57,787 nt of DNA from a virus (lineage: Duplodnaviria > Caudoviricetes): positions 1 through 57,787 of IMG/VR virus record IMGVR_UViG_3300017763_000019. One strand, given 5' to 3'. The position numbers and the translations under genes were made by a program. The notes beneath the pieces are model-generated. The model saw only the letters and a program-made list of their open reading frames with translations, was not told where the DNA came from and made no database searches. Of the stretch, positions 9,727 through 19,740 are shown piece after piece. Position 1 is the first letter of the stretch, and each line of letters begins with the position of its first letter.

Positions 9727-11610
9727 ATGGCTGAAAATGAAGATAAAGGTAATGCTGGTAACAGTAATAAATCTGCTGGGTATAGGGACTATCAAAAACT
9801 AAATAAGCGGGGTGATGCACAAACCGCTACACTCGATAAAATTTCTTCAGGTATTAACTTGATTAACGGAAATCTTATACGTATTTTCGACGACCAAAAG
9901 AAAAATTCTAAAAAAGGTTCTAGTAATAATGTAAGTACAGAAAAAAAATCTAACTCAGGTGCAACACTCACGTTACTTGCTCAACTAGTGAATAATTTGA
10001 AGAAGGAGGAAGACTCATATAGAACAGATGATAAAGACCCAATGGGTAAAACTATTAAAGTTCTTAAAGATATGAGAGGAGACTTAAAGGAAGGCTTCAA
10101 AAATAAAGGTGGTGGTGAAATAATCAATACACTTAAAATGCTGGTTATTGGTGGTGCCGGATACGCTCTTGGTAATCTCATAAATATGGATGATGTGAAA
10201 GCGCTTGGACCTGTAAAAATACTTATGAAAACTTACAAAGTATACCAACAGACCATAAAGATGATGGATAAATTAAAAAATGTTATTAGTGGTAAAACTT
10301 TGTTTACAAAGTTTGGTAAAATCTTTGATACAGTGGGAGACTTTTTCAATCCAGTAACAAGGGTTATGGACAAAGCAAAAGACTTTTTCAAACCAGTAAC
10401 AAAGGTTATTGACAAAGCAAAAGACTTTTTCAATCCAGTTATGAGTGTTGTGGATGGAGCAAAAAAAATGTTCAAACCAGTTGCTAAATTATTAGGTGGT
10501 GGTGCCAAAGTTGGAGCAGTTGCTGGAAAGCTTGGACTGAAAGCATTGGCAAAAATACCAGGTCTCGGTTTAATCGCAGCAGTTGCATTGTCAGTACCAC
10601 GATTTAAAAAAGGTGATATTATTGGTGGTATGATGGAGTTAGCATCAGGCGCCGCATCAATATTTCCAGGTATTGGTACAGGTATAGCGTTAGCTATAGA
10701 CGCAGCACTGTTAATGAAAGATGTGGCAGAAGGTGGCTGGGGCAAATCTGTAATGAATAGTGTAACATCATTTTTGGGTTTTGGTGGCAATAAAAAGAAA
10801 ATGGAAGGAGATCCTCGTAAAGGTTTTATTGACAACTCAAAAACAGGTCTAGTTAAAACGAAATTAGGAAGACAATCAGAAGGTGGACTTGACAGTGGTA
10901 TTCCCATAGAAGGTAGAGCGACTAGTTTAATGTCGAAATCAAGTGTAAATCTTAATAATCTGGATTTTGGACCAAATCATGATAGTATAGATGGACACAT
11001 ATTAGATTCTTATGGTAAACACTTAGGAGGAAGTTACTCACCAGTAATTACAAGTGCTAGAAGAACGTCACAAGGAAACGCTGCACTAGAAGAGTCAGTT
11101 AAAAAATCAAAACATTTAACTGGAAACGCTTTAGATTTGAGGGTGAACGATATTGACATAAAAACGTCAAATAAAATTACAAGATCGTTAGCAGACGCCT
11201 TGGGTAAGGACTTCGATGTATTACAGCATGGTAAAGGTACTAATAGACATATTCATTTGGAGTATGATCCAAAAGGAACTGGATATAACAATGGTGGTAT
11301 TGTTCCTGGAAGTTCTATGACCGGTGATCTCGTACCCGTAAGAGTAAATTCTGGGGAGATGATTTTAAATCGTAATCAACAGAATGAACTTTTTCAAATT
11401 GCAAAAGGTGGTAGTGTCAATCAAAAAATTCCAAGACTTGATTTGGCTGGTAGTGACTCAAAATCATCCACCAAAGAAATGATGGTATTTCTTGAAGGAA
11501 AATTTGCCAGTGTATTATCAAATGCTATTGCAGCGGCTACAGAAACCGCTGTTGGGAAAAGACCCAAAGACTACGGCGCTGGTGCGATGACCGCAGTTGA
11601 CATTACATAA
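9727..11610 (+). CDS. Tape-measure/baseplate hub protein (gp29-like) with a peptidase M15-type Zn domain
   Basis: Gly/Ala hydrophobic segment KIPGLGLIAAVALS; ITSARRT, SKHLTGNALDL and HIHLEY (HxxxxxxD...HxH); VPVRVNSGEMILN motif. Confidence 0.7.
   Translation: MAENEDKGNAGNSNKSAGYRDYQKLNKRGDAQTATLDKISSGINLINGNLIRIFDDQKKNSKKGSSNNVSTEKKSNSGATLTLLAQLVNNLKKEEDSYRTDDKDPMGKTIKVLKDMRGDLKEGFKNKGGGEIINTLKMLVIGGAGYALGNLINMDDVKALGPVKILMKTYKVYQQTIKMMDKLKNVISGKTLFTKFGKIFDTVGDFFNPVTRVMDKAKDFFKPVTKVIDKAKDFFNPVMSVVDGAKKMFKPVAKLLGGGAKVGAVAGKLGLKALAKIPGLGLIAAVALSVPRFKKGDIIGGMMELASGAASIFPGIGTGIALAIDAALLMKDVAEGGWGKSVMNSVTSFLGFGGNKKKMEGDPRKGFIDNSKTGLVKTKLGRQSEGGLDSGIPIEGRATSLMSKSSVNLNNLDFGPNHDSIDGHILDSYGKHLGGSYSPVITSARRTSQGNAALEESVKKSKHLTGNALDLRVNDIDIKTSNKITRSLADALGKDFDVLQHGKGTNRHIHLEYDPKGTGYNNGGIVPGSSMTGDLVPVRVNSGEMILNRNQQNELFQIAKGGSVNQKIPRLDLAGSDSKSSTKEMMVFLEGKFASVLSNAIAAATETAVGKRPKDYGAGAMTAVDIT
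10339..10464 (+). repeat. Three tandem 42-bp (14-aa) coding repeats
   Basis: DFFNPVTRVMDKAK / DFFKPVTKVIDKAK / DFFNPVMSVVDGAK starting at 10339, 10381 and 10423. Confidence 0.9.
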
Positions 11611-11619
11611 GGGGATAAT

Positions 11620-12546
11620 ATGAAATTACAGTCAGAACAATTGTTTTTTTTCAATGACGAAACACATCTACATGGTGCAAACGCACAACATAAAGTAGTG
11701 ATTCAATCACTTGATGGTAAAACACTCAAAACACCACATGGTGAAATTGTGTCGCCGTATGTTGAGGGTTATTTACAAAATGAATTTAATTATGGTGTCA
11801 CAGCAGACTGGCAGCCTTTGTTAGATAATATTGTCGGTAACGGTTTACTGGGTAAAGCGTCTGGTTTTACCGGAAGTCCACTGTTTCAATCTGGACTTTA
11901 TAAAAGAAAATTTTATAAAGGTGGCGGTTACATATCATTTAATGTTGATATACGTTTATTAAGTGATGAACACAGCTCCCTATCTGACAAAAAACTAGAT
12001 TCAAAAGGTGGTGGTAAAATTACAAATCCCAAAACGGCTGCACATTGGCTATCCAGTCTTTGTTTACCAACAACTGATCCATCAGTGGTGAAGATATTAG
12101 AAGGGGCGGGTAATTTTTTATTAGAAGGTGTCAAGGGTGCGGCAGATTTAGCGACAGGAGGACTTGTTAAATTTGAAAACGAAAATAATACACTTGATAA
12201 AGCCGTAGAGGCTATGGGTAAACCTTATGCAAGAACAATTAGAGTAAGCATTGGTAATATGTTTGATAGTTCCGACATGGTTATTGATTCTGTTGATGTT
12301 AAATATTCAAGGCAACAAGTTCTTACTAAAAACGGTGGAGATAGCGGATCAGATGATGATCATGACACTAGGAATATGACAAGTTATCAACCTTTATATG
12401 TGGATATATCATTGAAGGTGTCTACAAGAACAATTCCGTCAGTTGAAAAAGATGGTTCTGCAAATACTGGTCTTTTAAAACCACAACCTTCCGTTTCTTT
12501 TGCAACTGAAGGAAAGAAAATTATCTTGGGAGTTAATGAAAAATGA
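11620..12546 (+). CDS. Baseplate/tube-cap protein (gp48-like)
   Basis: Tube-fold-like C-terminal pattern (MVIDSVDVKYS...PLYVDISLKV); lies between tape measure and gp53. Confidence 0.45.
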   Translation: MKLQSEQLFFFNDETHLHGANAQHKVVIQSLDGKTLKTPHGEIVSPYVEGYLQNEFNYGVTADWQPLLDNIVGNGLLGKASGFTGSPLFQSGLYKRKFYKGGGYISFNVDIRLLSDEHSSLSDKKLDSKGGGKITNPKTAAHWLSSLCLPTTDPSVVKILEGAGNFLLEGVKGAADLATGGLVKFENENNTLDKAVEAMGKPYARTIRVSIGNMFDSSDMVIDSVDVKYSRQQVLTKNGGDSGSDDDHDTRNMTSYQPLYVDISLKVSTRTIPSVEKDGSANTGLLKPQPSVSFATEGKKIILGVNEK

Positions 12547-12851
12547 GTAAGTATAGAAGAGATGATTTTTCAGAAAAGAATATTGTTAATGGTGTTAATG
12601 AAGTAGACTTACCATTGAACGGTTTTAATAAACACGAGTTCGTTTCAGAACCCGGACTATATGCAGTAAAAGAATCTGACATACAAAGACCTGAATTAAT
12701 ATGTCTAAAGGTATATGGTTCAATGGATATGTGGTGGCTATTAATGAAGTATAATAAAATAGAAGATATATGGAATGATTTATTTATTGGACAAGTATTA
12801 GAGGTTCCCTCTAGATCAGACCTGGAAGCATATTATAGAAGTAGACGGTAA
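12543..12851 (+). CDS. gp53: Baseplate wedge protein gp53-like (LysM-like)
   Basis: RPELICLKVYGSMDMWWLLMKYN...GQVLEVP. Confidence 0.8.
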   Translation: MSKYRRDDFSEKNIVNGVNEVDLPLNGFNKHEFVSEPGLYAVKESDIQRPELICLKVYGSMDMWWLLMKYNKIEDIWNDLFIGQVLEVPSRSDLEAYYRSRR

Positions 12852-12853
12852 TT

Positions 12854-14149
12854 ATGGATTTCTCAAGAAGTATTAAATTAAACGGAAACGATCTTAGTGA
12901 AGATGGTATTATGATGAAAATGTTAGTTATAAAAGACTGGTTTTTCGATATGGTGCCAAGGTTGGAAATTGTATTAACCGACTCTAATGATGTATTGTTT
13001 AATACATATCCAATACAGGACGATAGTATTATTGAGTTAGAAATGAATAAAAACGTGGACCCCGATAAACAGGAAGATCCAATAATTATCAAATTTAATG
13101 TGTTGGATTGGTCTTCCATGCCAATGATTACTGGTCAAGATTCGGGGCATGTACATGAAATAACTGGATATTTAAATGTTTCTGATTTGTTTCATCCAAT
13201 TGTAACAAAGTCCTTCAAAGAAAAGACTAGTGGAGGTGTTTTAAAAGAAATAGCGGGGTCATTAGGTCTTGACTATGTTAAGACCATTGATACAGAACCA
13301 AGTGATACGATGACTTGGTTACAGATTGGACAAAATAATCACGATATGATAAAGTATGTTAATAATAGGTCATTTTTTTCCGATGATGATACTTCACTAA
13401 CATATGTAAATTTAAAAAATGAATTGATATTTACAACATTAAAAACAGAATGTGAAAAAGAAGTGGCCTTTGTTGGTAAAATGGGTCAACAACAGCAGGA
13501 CGATGTACAAAATAATTTTAATGATGTAAACAGTACTACTGGTGATAAGAAGGATATACCAACATTTTTCTATTCATTCGCTACTAACAAAACTTTAGCT
13601 AGTCGTAATAAAATGGGTGGTTATGGAACTAAGTCCACATACTACGATGGTAAAGATGAACAAGCAAATTTTCCTGGTAATGGTAATGGTGATAAGTTGT
13701 TAAATAACTTGTCACAAAAGAATAAAAATAATGTTGGACAGGAAGTCAAACATTATGAGTTTGGTATTTTAAACGGTGGAGACCAGTTCTCAGAGGGTAT
13801 ACATAAAGAGTTCTTTGATTCTCAAGTAAGACATGAGTATACAATATCAAACTTCTTTAAAACATCGGTTATAGTCAAAATTAAAGGTAATAGTTTAATC
13901 AAGAAATATGATATTGTCGATTTGGTCACGCACAGTTCGGTGGATCAGGAAATGAATGAACCCCATTCTGGAAAGTACATTGTTGGTGGTATTATACATA
14001 CTTTAGGTGATGAGACAGAATACTCAGTTCAGTTAGTTCTGTACAGAAGTGGTATTAATAAACCATCCAAGAAGGATTTGATGGATCTTATCTCGGATGA
14101 TGAGAGTGGTGATGGAAAAGGTACTGGATTTATAGATCGCCTATTATGA
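12854..14149 (+). CDS. Baseplate hub protein (gp27/gpD-like)
   Basis: DTMTWLQ, IKGN..I and SGKYIVGGIIH motifs; directly upstream of the spike. Confidence 0.7.
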   Translation: MDFSRSIKLNGNDLSEDGIMMKMLVIKDWFFDMVPRLEIVLTDSNDVLFNTYPIQDDSIIELEMNKNVDPDKQEDPIIIKFNVLDWSSMPMITGQDSGHVHEITGYLNVSDLFHPIVTKSFKEKTSGGVLKEIAGSLGLDYVKTIDTEPSDTMTWLQIGQNNHDMIKYVNNRSFFSDDDTSLTYVNLKNELIFTTLKTECEKEVAFVGKMGQQQQDDVQNNFNDVNSTTGDKKDIPTFFYSFATNKTLASRNKMGGYGTKSTYYDGKDEQANFPGNGNGDKLLNNLSQKNKNNVGQEVKHYEFGILNGGDQFSEGIHKEFFDSQVRHEYTISNFFKTSVIVKIKGNSLIKKYDIVDLVTHSSVDQEMNEPHSGKYIVGGIIHTLGDETEYSVQLVLYRSGINKPSKKDLMDLISDDESGDGKGTGFIDRLL

Positions 14150-14179
14150 TAATGTGGAAAATTTAGTTTTGGAGTAATA

Positions 14180-14962
14180 ATGAATATTGATGATAAATTG
14201 AGACAAGAAATTGGATTGCCTTTAGCAGACTTGCTTAAAAAGTTTGTAGACACTGGAAATACTAGTGAACCACAGATGACGTTTTATAGTGGTTATGTAG
14301 TTAATAATAACGATCCCGATAAATTAGGTAGATGTAAAATAAGAGTGCTTGGTGTATTTGACGAAGAGATACCGGACGATGATTTACCTTGGGCAATACC
14401 GGATTTTAATTTTATCGGAGGAAACGGCTCGTTTATAGTACCGCCTATCGACCAACTAGTTAGAGTATATTTTGATAATAATGATTATCACACACCAAGA
14501 TACACAACAAAAGTAATTGCTAACGAAGTTAAATTTCAGGCTGATAAAAATGATGATTACCCAGACACCATGGTTTTCTTTGAAACAGATCAAGGTGAGT
14601 ATTTTAAAATTAATAGAAAAACATATTTAACAACGTATAAACACGCTTCTGGCACAATGATTACTATTGACAAGGACGGAAATATTAATATTGACAATAA
14701 GTTCTCCGCAGGTGCTGCAGGTAATTTAATTGTTAATATTGAAGGTAATACAACACTTAATTGTGGTGGTAACATAGATGCCATTGCTACAGAAGATGTT
14801 ACAGTACAAGGTAAAAATGTCACAATTAAATCTGCTGATGGATCGATGTGGCACCCAAACACTGTTTCAAAATGTTTTTTTAATAACCAAGTTCATGGTG
14901 GTCTAGCGTCTGGTACTGGTGTGGGTGGACCAATTGATTCTATTAAGGGTGAAACTATTTAA
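14180..14962 (+). CDS. Baseplate central spike (gp5/gpV OB-fold), short and without lysozyme
   Basis: YSGYVVNNNDPDKLGRCKIRV, LPWA, HASGTMITID, short beta-helix and C-terminal CxxxxxxH. Confidence 0.85.
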   Translation: MNIDDKLRQEIGLPLADLLKKFVDTGNTSEPQMTFYSGYVVNNNDPDKLGRCKIRVLGVFDEEIPDDDLPWAIPDFNFIGGNGSFIVPPIDQLVRVYFDNNDYHTPRYTTKVIANEVKFQADKNDDYPDTMVFFETDQGEYFKINRKTYLTTYKHASGTMITIDKDGNINIDNKFSAGAAGNLIVNIEGNTTLNCGGNIDAIATEDVTVQGKNVTIKSADGSMWHPNTVSKCFFNNQVHGGLASGTGVGGPIDSIKGETI

Positions 14963-15631
14963 ATGTCTATCATTTTAAAAAATATTATTGTTGATAAATT
15001 TAAAGAAATAAACGACAATACGGATCAGGAAAATCAAGAAGGTGGGTGGTTTGAAGTAGAAGACACAATTGATAAATCATTTGAACTTCTCGCGACAGGT
15101 ATTTTTGAATATATAACCAATAGTAATAAAACATATTTCCCATCATCTACAATAGTTTCAACGTCTGTTGGTGTTCTTGTAACTCCTGCTGGTGTTTCGA
15201 GCCCATTATCAGACGTTATTATAACGACTGATGTAAGTATGGGTAGTTTAGAAGCGCTTATCAGTGCTTTAAAATGTGCTGTTGGAGCTTCAACAGATTT
15301 AACAACTTTGGAATATATGCAAAAGTTTTTTGAAGGTCTTTCAGCGTGGTTAAATATGGGTTGGCTAGCAAATATTGTTCAGGGCACGGTACTAACCACA
15401 GTAACAGGTGCCGGACCAATACTATTTCCAGTAATGTCGACATTGGGTGGACCATGTTTTCTTTCAATGCAGTCCGAAACACCATTATCATATGAGGAAT
15501 CACACGAAATAATGGCTAAATATATACATCAAGGTTTGTTGGCAAATGTTATAGCCCCAATACCAACAATTGGTGCGGTCGGTCCTAGTAGTTTTACAGG
15601 TATGACAACTACATTATGGACATTTATTTGA
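14963..15631 (+). CDS. Hypothetical protein, spike-associated
   Basis: Abuts the spike gene in the structural operon. Confidence 0.6.
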   Translation: MSIILKNIIVDKFKEINDNTDQENQEGGWFEVEDTIDKSFELLATGIFEYITNSNKTYFPSSTIVSTSVGVLVTPAGVSSPLSDVIITTDVSMGSLEALISALKCAVGASTDLTTLEYMQKFFEGLSAWLNMGWLANIVQGTVLTTVTGAGPILFPVMSTLGGPCFLSMQSETPLSYEESHEIMAKYIHQGLLANVIAPIPTIGAVGPSSFTGMTTTLWTFI

Positions 15632-15639
15632 GGTAATTT

Positions 15640-16092
15640 ATGGCAAGTTGTTCAGGAGGAATGGGTGGATTAATAACAGTGAGTTTTACAACCGGTAATC
15701 CACAAAACAGTGTGACTGATACTGGATCAAAATCTGAAATTGGTGCTGGAATAGTAGCCGCTGTTACTGCTTCATTGTTATTTATGTTAAACATATTACC
15801 AATTGAGATACCAGATTTGACAGGTTTAGGATTGAGTGTTGACCAAACAAATTTTTTTAATGATTTATACAATAATGGGTCTGGTACATTAGGTACGACT
15901 ACTGTAACGGACGAAAATTATAAAATAGGTAATATAAATTCGAACTATTCTAATGTCAAGGTTGATACAGGTAGTCTTTCAAAAACAAACGCTAAGAGTA
16001 GTGAAATGAAAACTACTATAAATATAATGAGACCGGTAGTGATTATTAATAGAGCTGGTGTGATTGATAAACAAAGATTTGTAACGGAGTAA
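15640..16092 (+). CDS. Hypothetical protein with a hydrophobic segment
   Basis: GAGG RBS; GAGIVAAVTASLLFMLNILP. Confidence 0.6.
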   Translation: MASCSGGMGGLITVSFTTGNPQNSVTDTGSKSEIGAGIVAAVTASLLFMLNILPIEIPDLTGLGLSVDQTNFFNDLYNNGSGTLGTTTVTDENYKIGNINSNYSNVKVDTGSLSKTNAKSSEMKTTINIMRPVVIINRAGVIDKQRFVTE

Positions 16093-16097
16093 TTTAT

Positions 16098-16901
16098 ATG
16101 TTTTTAACAGGTGAAGCCTTATTTTGTAGTATACTTGAAGTTCAGTACGATGCTCTTGTAACAATTATCAACCAACTCATCCAAGCACCACGACAAGCAA
16201 TAAATTTGATTTTGAATCTTGTACAATCCACGACTATGTTAATATTTGAGGCGATTAGAACTTTAGTCATTGCAACTGAACAAATAATAATAGATTATTT
16301 GCAGTTTGATGGTTTCGATTTAAGTCAAACTAAAGAAAATATTTGTCAAATTGCTTGGGACTGTGCAATCCTAAAAAATAAGTTACTAGATTACTTTGGT
16401 CTGTCAGATAACTTCAAAGATGACTTCCAAAAATTTGAGGATGTAGTATGTAAACAGGGTCTTCGAGACTTTTTTGAGGACTGGGTATCTACTGAACTGC
16501 TTGGTGGTATCGATGAACAACTTATTAAATGGTTAGCAGAGATCAATGAAGCCTATGATAAAGTTAGTAATGCGGTAGACGAATGGTTAAATGACTTACT
16601 AACAAAGCCAATATATGATGGTAAGTCATTTGTAGAATGGATGGATGAAATAGATAAATATGTGCAATGTGCCTTTGCTACTTGTAACTGGGCGTTGACT
16701 AGTTCTAACCAAAAAGAAGATTATTTGGACAACTTATCCATCGCTAGAGCAGAAGGTGGTGGATTTGCATTCATTGCTGATGAGTGGGTCAAATTTACAG
16801 ATGATAAGGACTTTCTAACAGATTATATTGATGGACTAAGACTCAAGTTAGCAGCCGCTACTCCTGCACGTGGTATACAACCGGATGATTTGGCAAGATA
16901 A
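16098..16901 (+). CDS. Hypothetical acidic helical Cys-containing protein
   Basis: GGAG RBS; CQIAWDC, VC and CAFATC. Confidence 0.65.
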   Translation: MFLTGEALFCSILEVQYDALVTIINQLIQAPRQAINLILNLVQSTTMLIFEAIRTLVIATEQIIIDYLQFDGFDLSQTKENICQIAWDCAILKNKLLDYFGLSDNFKDDFQKFEDVVCKQGLRDFFEDWVSTELLGGIDEQLIKWLAEINEAYDKVSNAVDEWLNDLLTKPIYDGKSFVEWMDEIDKYVQCAFATCNWALTSSNQKEDYLDNLSIARAEGGGFAFIADEWVKFTDDKDFLTDYIDGLRLKLAAATPARGIQPDDLAR

Positions 16902-16922
16902 ATAGTAATAAAGGAGTGTATA

Positions 16923-17318
16923 ATGTCAGAATTTAAAACGGTATTTGATGTAGTAAAAAATTACGCGTTTGATTTAGGAAAAAATGTTATAACAGATGCT
17001 GATGTTGTAGATGAAGCTGCCATTAACCAATCAATAGAAAATATTTTTTTCACAAACAAAGGTGAACGAGTATTTAGACCTAGATTTGGTTCAAACCTAC
17101 TAGCCAGTCTATTTGAAGCTGGTAATCAGGAAACCCTGATCCGTCTTTATTCAGATGTATTAGTACAGATAGGTGAACGTGAAACTCGTGTTACTATTGA
17201 TCAGGCACGAAGTAGTTTGTATTTTGATGATTTAAACAATGTGATGTATATTACTATTAAGTATGCAATTAACCGAACTGGAATGCAGGGTAGTTTGAGT
17301 AAAAAAGTAACTTTATAA
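16923..17318 (+). CDS. gp25: Baseplate wedge protein gp25-like
   Basis: AINQSIENIFFTNKGERVFRPRFGSNL..LFE. Confidence 0.92.
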   Translation: MSEFKTVFDVVKNYAFDLGKNVITDADVVDEAAINQSIENIFFTNKGERVFRPRFGSNLLASLFEAGNQETLIRLYSDVLVQIGERETRVTIDQARSSLYFDDLNNVMYITIKYAINRTGMQGSLSKKVTL

Positions 17319-17321
17319 ATA
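17314..17321 (+). promoter_or_regulatory. T4-type late promoter
   Basis: TATAAATA overlapping the gp25 stop. Confidence 0.7.
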
Positions 17322-17344
17322 AGAGTATATATGGAGTTTACAAT

Positions 17345-19732
17345 ATGCCTAAACAATTTTTAAATTATACCGACTTGACATTCAACGAGATTATTAGTCA
17401 GGTAAATGATAGATTAAGAGAAGATCCCGAAAAACGATTCGATAGTTTTTTAGAAAGTACAGTAGCACAAACAATGATTGACATTTTTGCTGCTTCTACA
17501 GACATGACAAATTACTATATCGAACGAAGAGCCGAGGAACAGTTCCTCGACACCGCAAGACTTAAAAGTTCAGTAATACAACTCTCCAAAATTTTGGGTT
17601 ATGTAGTACAAAGACCAGTACCTGGTCAGAGTTCAGTAAAAATTATATTGAAAGGACCCTTACCTACTAGTGTACTTGAGGGGCATACGGTAGACTTTAA
17701 GGCATTTGAAACAGCATTTGCAGTTGGTGACAAGAAATTTGTCCTAAAGAAAGATTATCAATACAAATTTACAGCAGCTGATATTGCCGGTGGTACAGCT
17801 AATAGTTTTAGAAAAGAAATATCCGTAAGTGTTCCAAATGGAACAGAACTATATTTAAACGAAGCCGGTTTAGTGCCTACTTCAGCCACATCACCCATTG
17901 AAATTATACAAGGTGAAATTAAAACTAAAACAATTGCTGGATCGAGTAATACACAAGTTGGTAATATTTTCCAAAAATATCTTATTGATGATGTAACATT
18001 TAGTAATGTTTTTGGTTCTGAGGATTTAAACTATGATGACACTACTAATTCAGCATCAAATTTAGCTGACGGTTTAACAAAAATTGCTATAACTCCAGCA
18101 TCAACACCGATCACTGCTGCGTTTATAGATGAATCCAGTTTGTATGAGATTGATAGAAGATCAATACTAACATCTGAAACAGTAATTGATCAGACCTCAG
18201 TACTTAATGATGTACCAAATGTTTGTAGTATTAGAACTACTGATAGTCAAGGTGTTGAAATACTATTTGGTGATAATAAAATCGCTAGTAAAGGTGTGGC
18301 TGGTAGTAATCAAAATCTTTATATACAATACTTTTCAACTAAAGGTTTGGAAGGAAATGAAACAGGTATATTAAGTAAGAAATTAACAACTTCAAATTCT
18401 TTTGAAACAAGTAATGGTGATTCAATAACACAAAACATAGAATGGCAATTCAACTCATCCATAATTGCTGGAGCTGATATGGAGTCTATCGATTCCATTA
18501 AGTTAAATGCACCAGGTTTGTTCTATTCATTGGATAGATTGGTTACATCTAAGGATTATACTACATTTTTAAAATCCTTAACCACACCAGTCAATATTAA
18601 GAACGCCTTAGCTTGGGGTGAACAAGAGGAACTTGAAAAAGACTCTACTCTTACAGCAATAACGGCATTGCTTAATGTTATCTTTTATAGTTGTGTTGGA
18701 CCATTGTATAATATTGGAGAGAGTAAAACAACACATACACATAAAGATTTACTGTCAAATACTGCTAGTGATGACGATAAAATAAGTACCTTCATTGAAG
18801 GTGTACAATATGATCTTGGTGGTAATACATTTGTGGAACAGAACTATTTTGATATTTTTATCAAAAATAATATGGTGGATTATTTACAAAACATAGAAAC
18901 TAGTACAGCACCGGGTGTTAGTATAGTAAACAACAAGATTAAAAAGAGATCACAAATAACTCTTCGTAATGCTTATGTGTCACCATTGTTACAACAGTTT
19001 AATTTGACAGGTGATGTGTATATTAAAAATCTCGTATCTGTTAATGAAATAGAAAGAAGGGTTAATAATGCAATTTATGAGTTCTTAGATGAAAAGTCTG
19101 ACTTTGCTCAGCCGTTATACTTATCAAACATAATTGAGTTAATTGAAAGCTTTCCAGAAGTGATTAATACAACACCTACATTCACACCGGTTGCAGGAAC
19201 AGGAACCCCACTAGTATCAGCATTAGAGTTAGATCCTGACATTACAGGTTATACTGCGGATGAGAAACAAATAATCGTTCCTCAATTTTCAAATTCGTTT
19301 CAAAACTTCATGCCAAACTACGGTTATGATAGTACGGAAAATTTTAACAGAAGTCTAATGACATCCGGACCTAGTGCCGCGTATGATATTAAGGTGTGGG
19401 AAAATTCAAATTATCTAAATAATCCACCGTACGGTGCTAATAGTACCGGAGTACCAAATACTGAATTAAAAGGGCATATTAGAGTTGCTAATATTTCTGA
19501 AAGAAATTTCTATGAAAAATTTGTAAAACATTTTTATGACGAAATTCAAGGTACAGCAGGGGGATCTTTTGGAAATTCTAATGATTTTAAATCATTGTTT
19601 AGTAGAGCAAATCAGGAAATGAAATATATGATTCGTAGTTCAATGAAAGATCAAAGTGGTAATATTGTTAATTATAGTTTCAAACATGAAATTGTACAAG
19701 TTATATCAAAATTAAATTTTAAATATCGTTGA
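17345..19732 (+). CDS. gp6: Baseplate wedge protein gp6-like
   Basis: YTDLTF, EQFLDTARLKSSV..LGY, ILFGD, GADMESIDSIKLNAP, RLVTSKDY, AWG. Confidence 0.9.
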   Translation: MPKQFLNYTDLTFNEIISQVNDRLREDPEKRFDSFLESTVAQTMIDIFAASTDMTNYYIERRAEEQFLDTARLKSSVIQLSKILGYVVQRPVPGQSSVKIILKGPLPTSVLEGHTVDFKAFETAFAVGDKKFVLKKDYQYKFTAADIAGGTANSFRKEISVSVPNGTELYLNEAGLVPTSATSPIEIIQGEIKTKTIAGSSNTQVGNIFQKYLIDDVTFSNVFGSEDLNYDDTTNSASNLADGLTKIAITPASTPITAAFIDESSLYEIDRRSILTSETVIDQTSVLNDVPNVCSIRTTDSQGVEILFGDNKIASKGVAGSNQNLYIQYFSTKGLEGNETGILSKKLTTSNSFETSNGDSITQNIEWQFNSSIIAGADMESIDSIKLNAPGLFYSLDRLVTSKDYTTFLKSLTTPVNIKNALAWGEQEELEKDSTLTAITALLNVIFYSCVGPLYNIGESKTTHTHKDLLSNTASDDDKISTFIEGVQYDLGGNTFVEQNYFDIFIKNNMVDYLQNIETSTAPGVSIVNNKIKKRSQITLRNAYVSPLLQQFNLTGDVYIKNLVSVNEIERRVNNAIYEFLDEKSDFAQPLYLSNIIELIESFPEVINTTPTFTPVAGTGTPLVSALELDPDITGYTADEKQIIVPQFSNSFQNFMPNYGYDSTENFNRSLMTSGPSAAYDIKVWENSNYLNNPPYGANSTGVPNTELKGHIRVANISERNFYEKFVKHFYDEIQGTAGGSFGNSNDFKSLFSRANQEMKYMIRSSMKDQSGNIVNYSFKHEIVQVISKLNFKYR

Positions 19733-19740
19733 GGTAAATA

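Noticed and set aside
18186-18374. Alternate-frame + strand ORFs inside gp6 (and 54591-54773)
   Set aside because: They are nested in stronger genes and have no RBS or motif.
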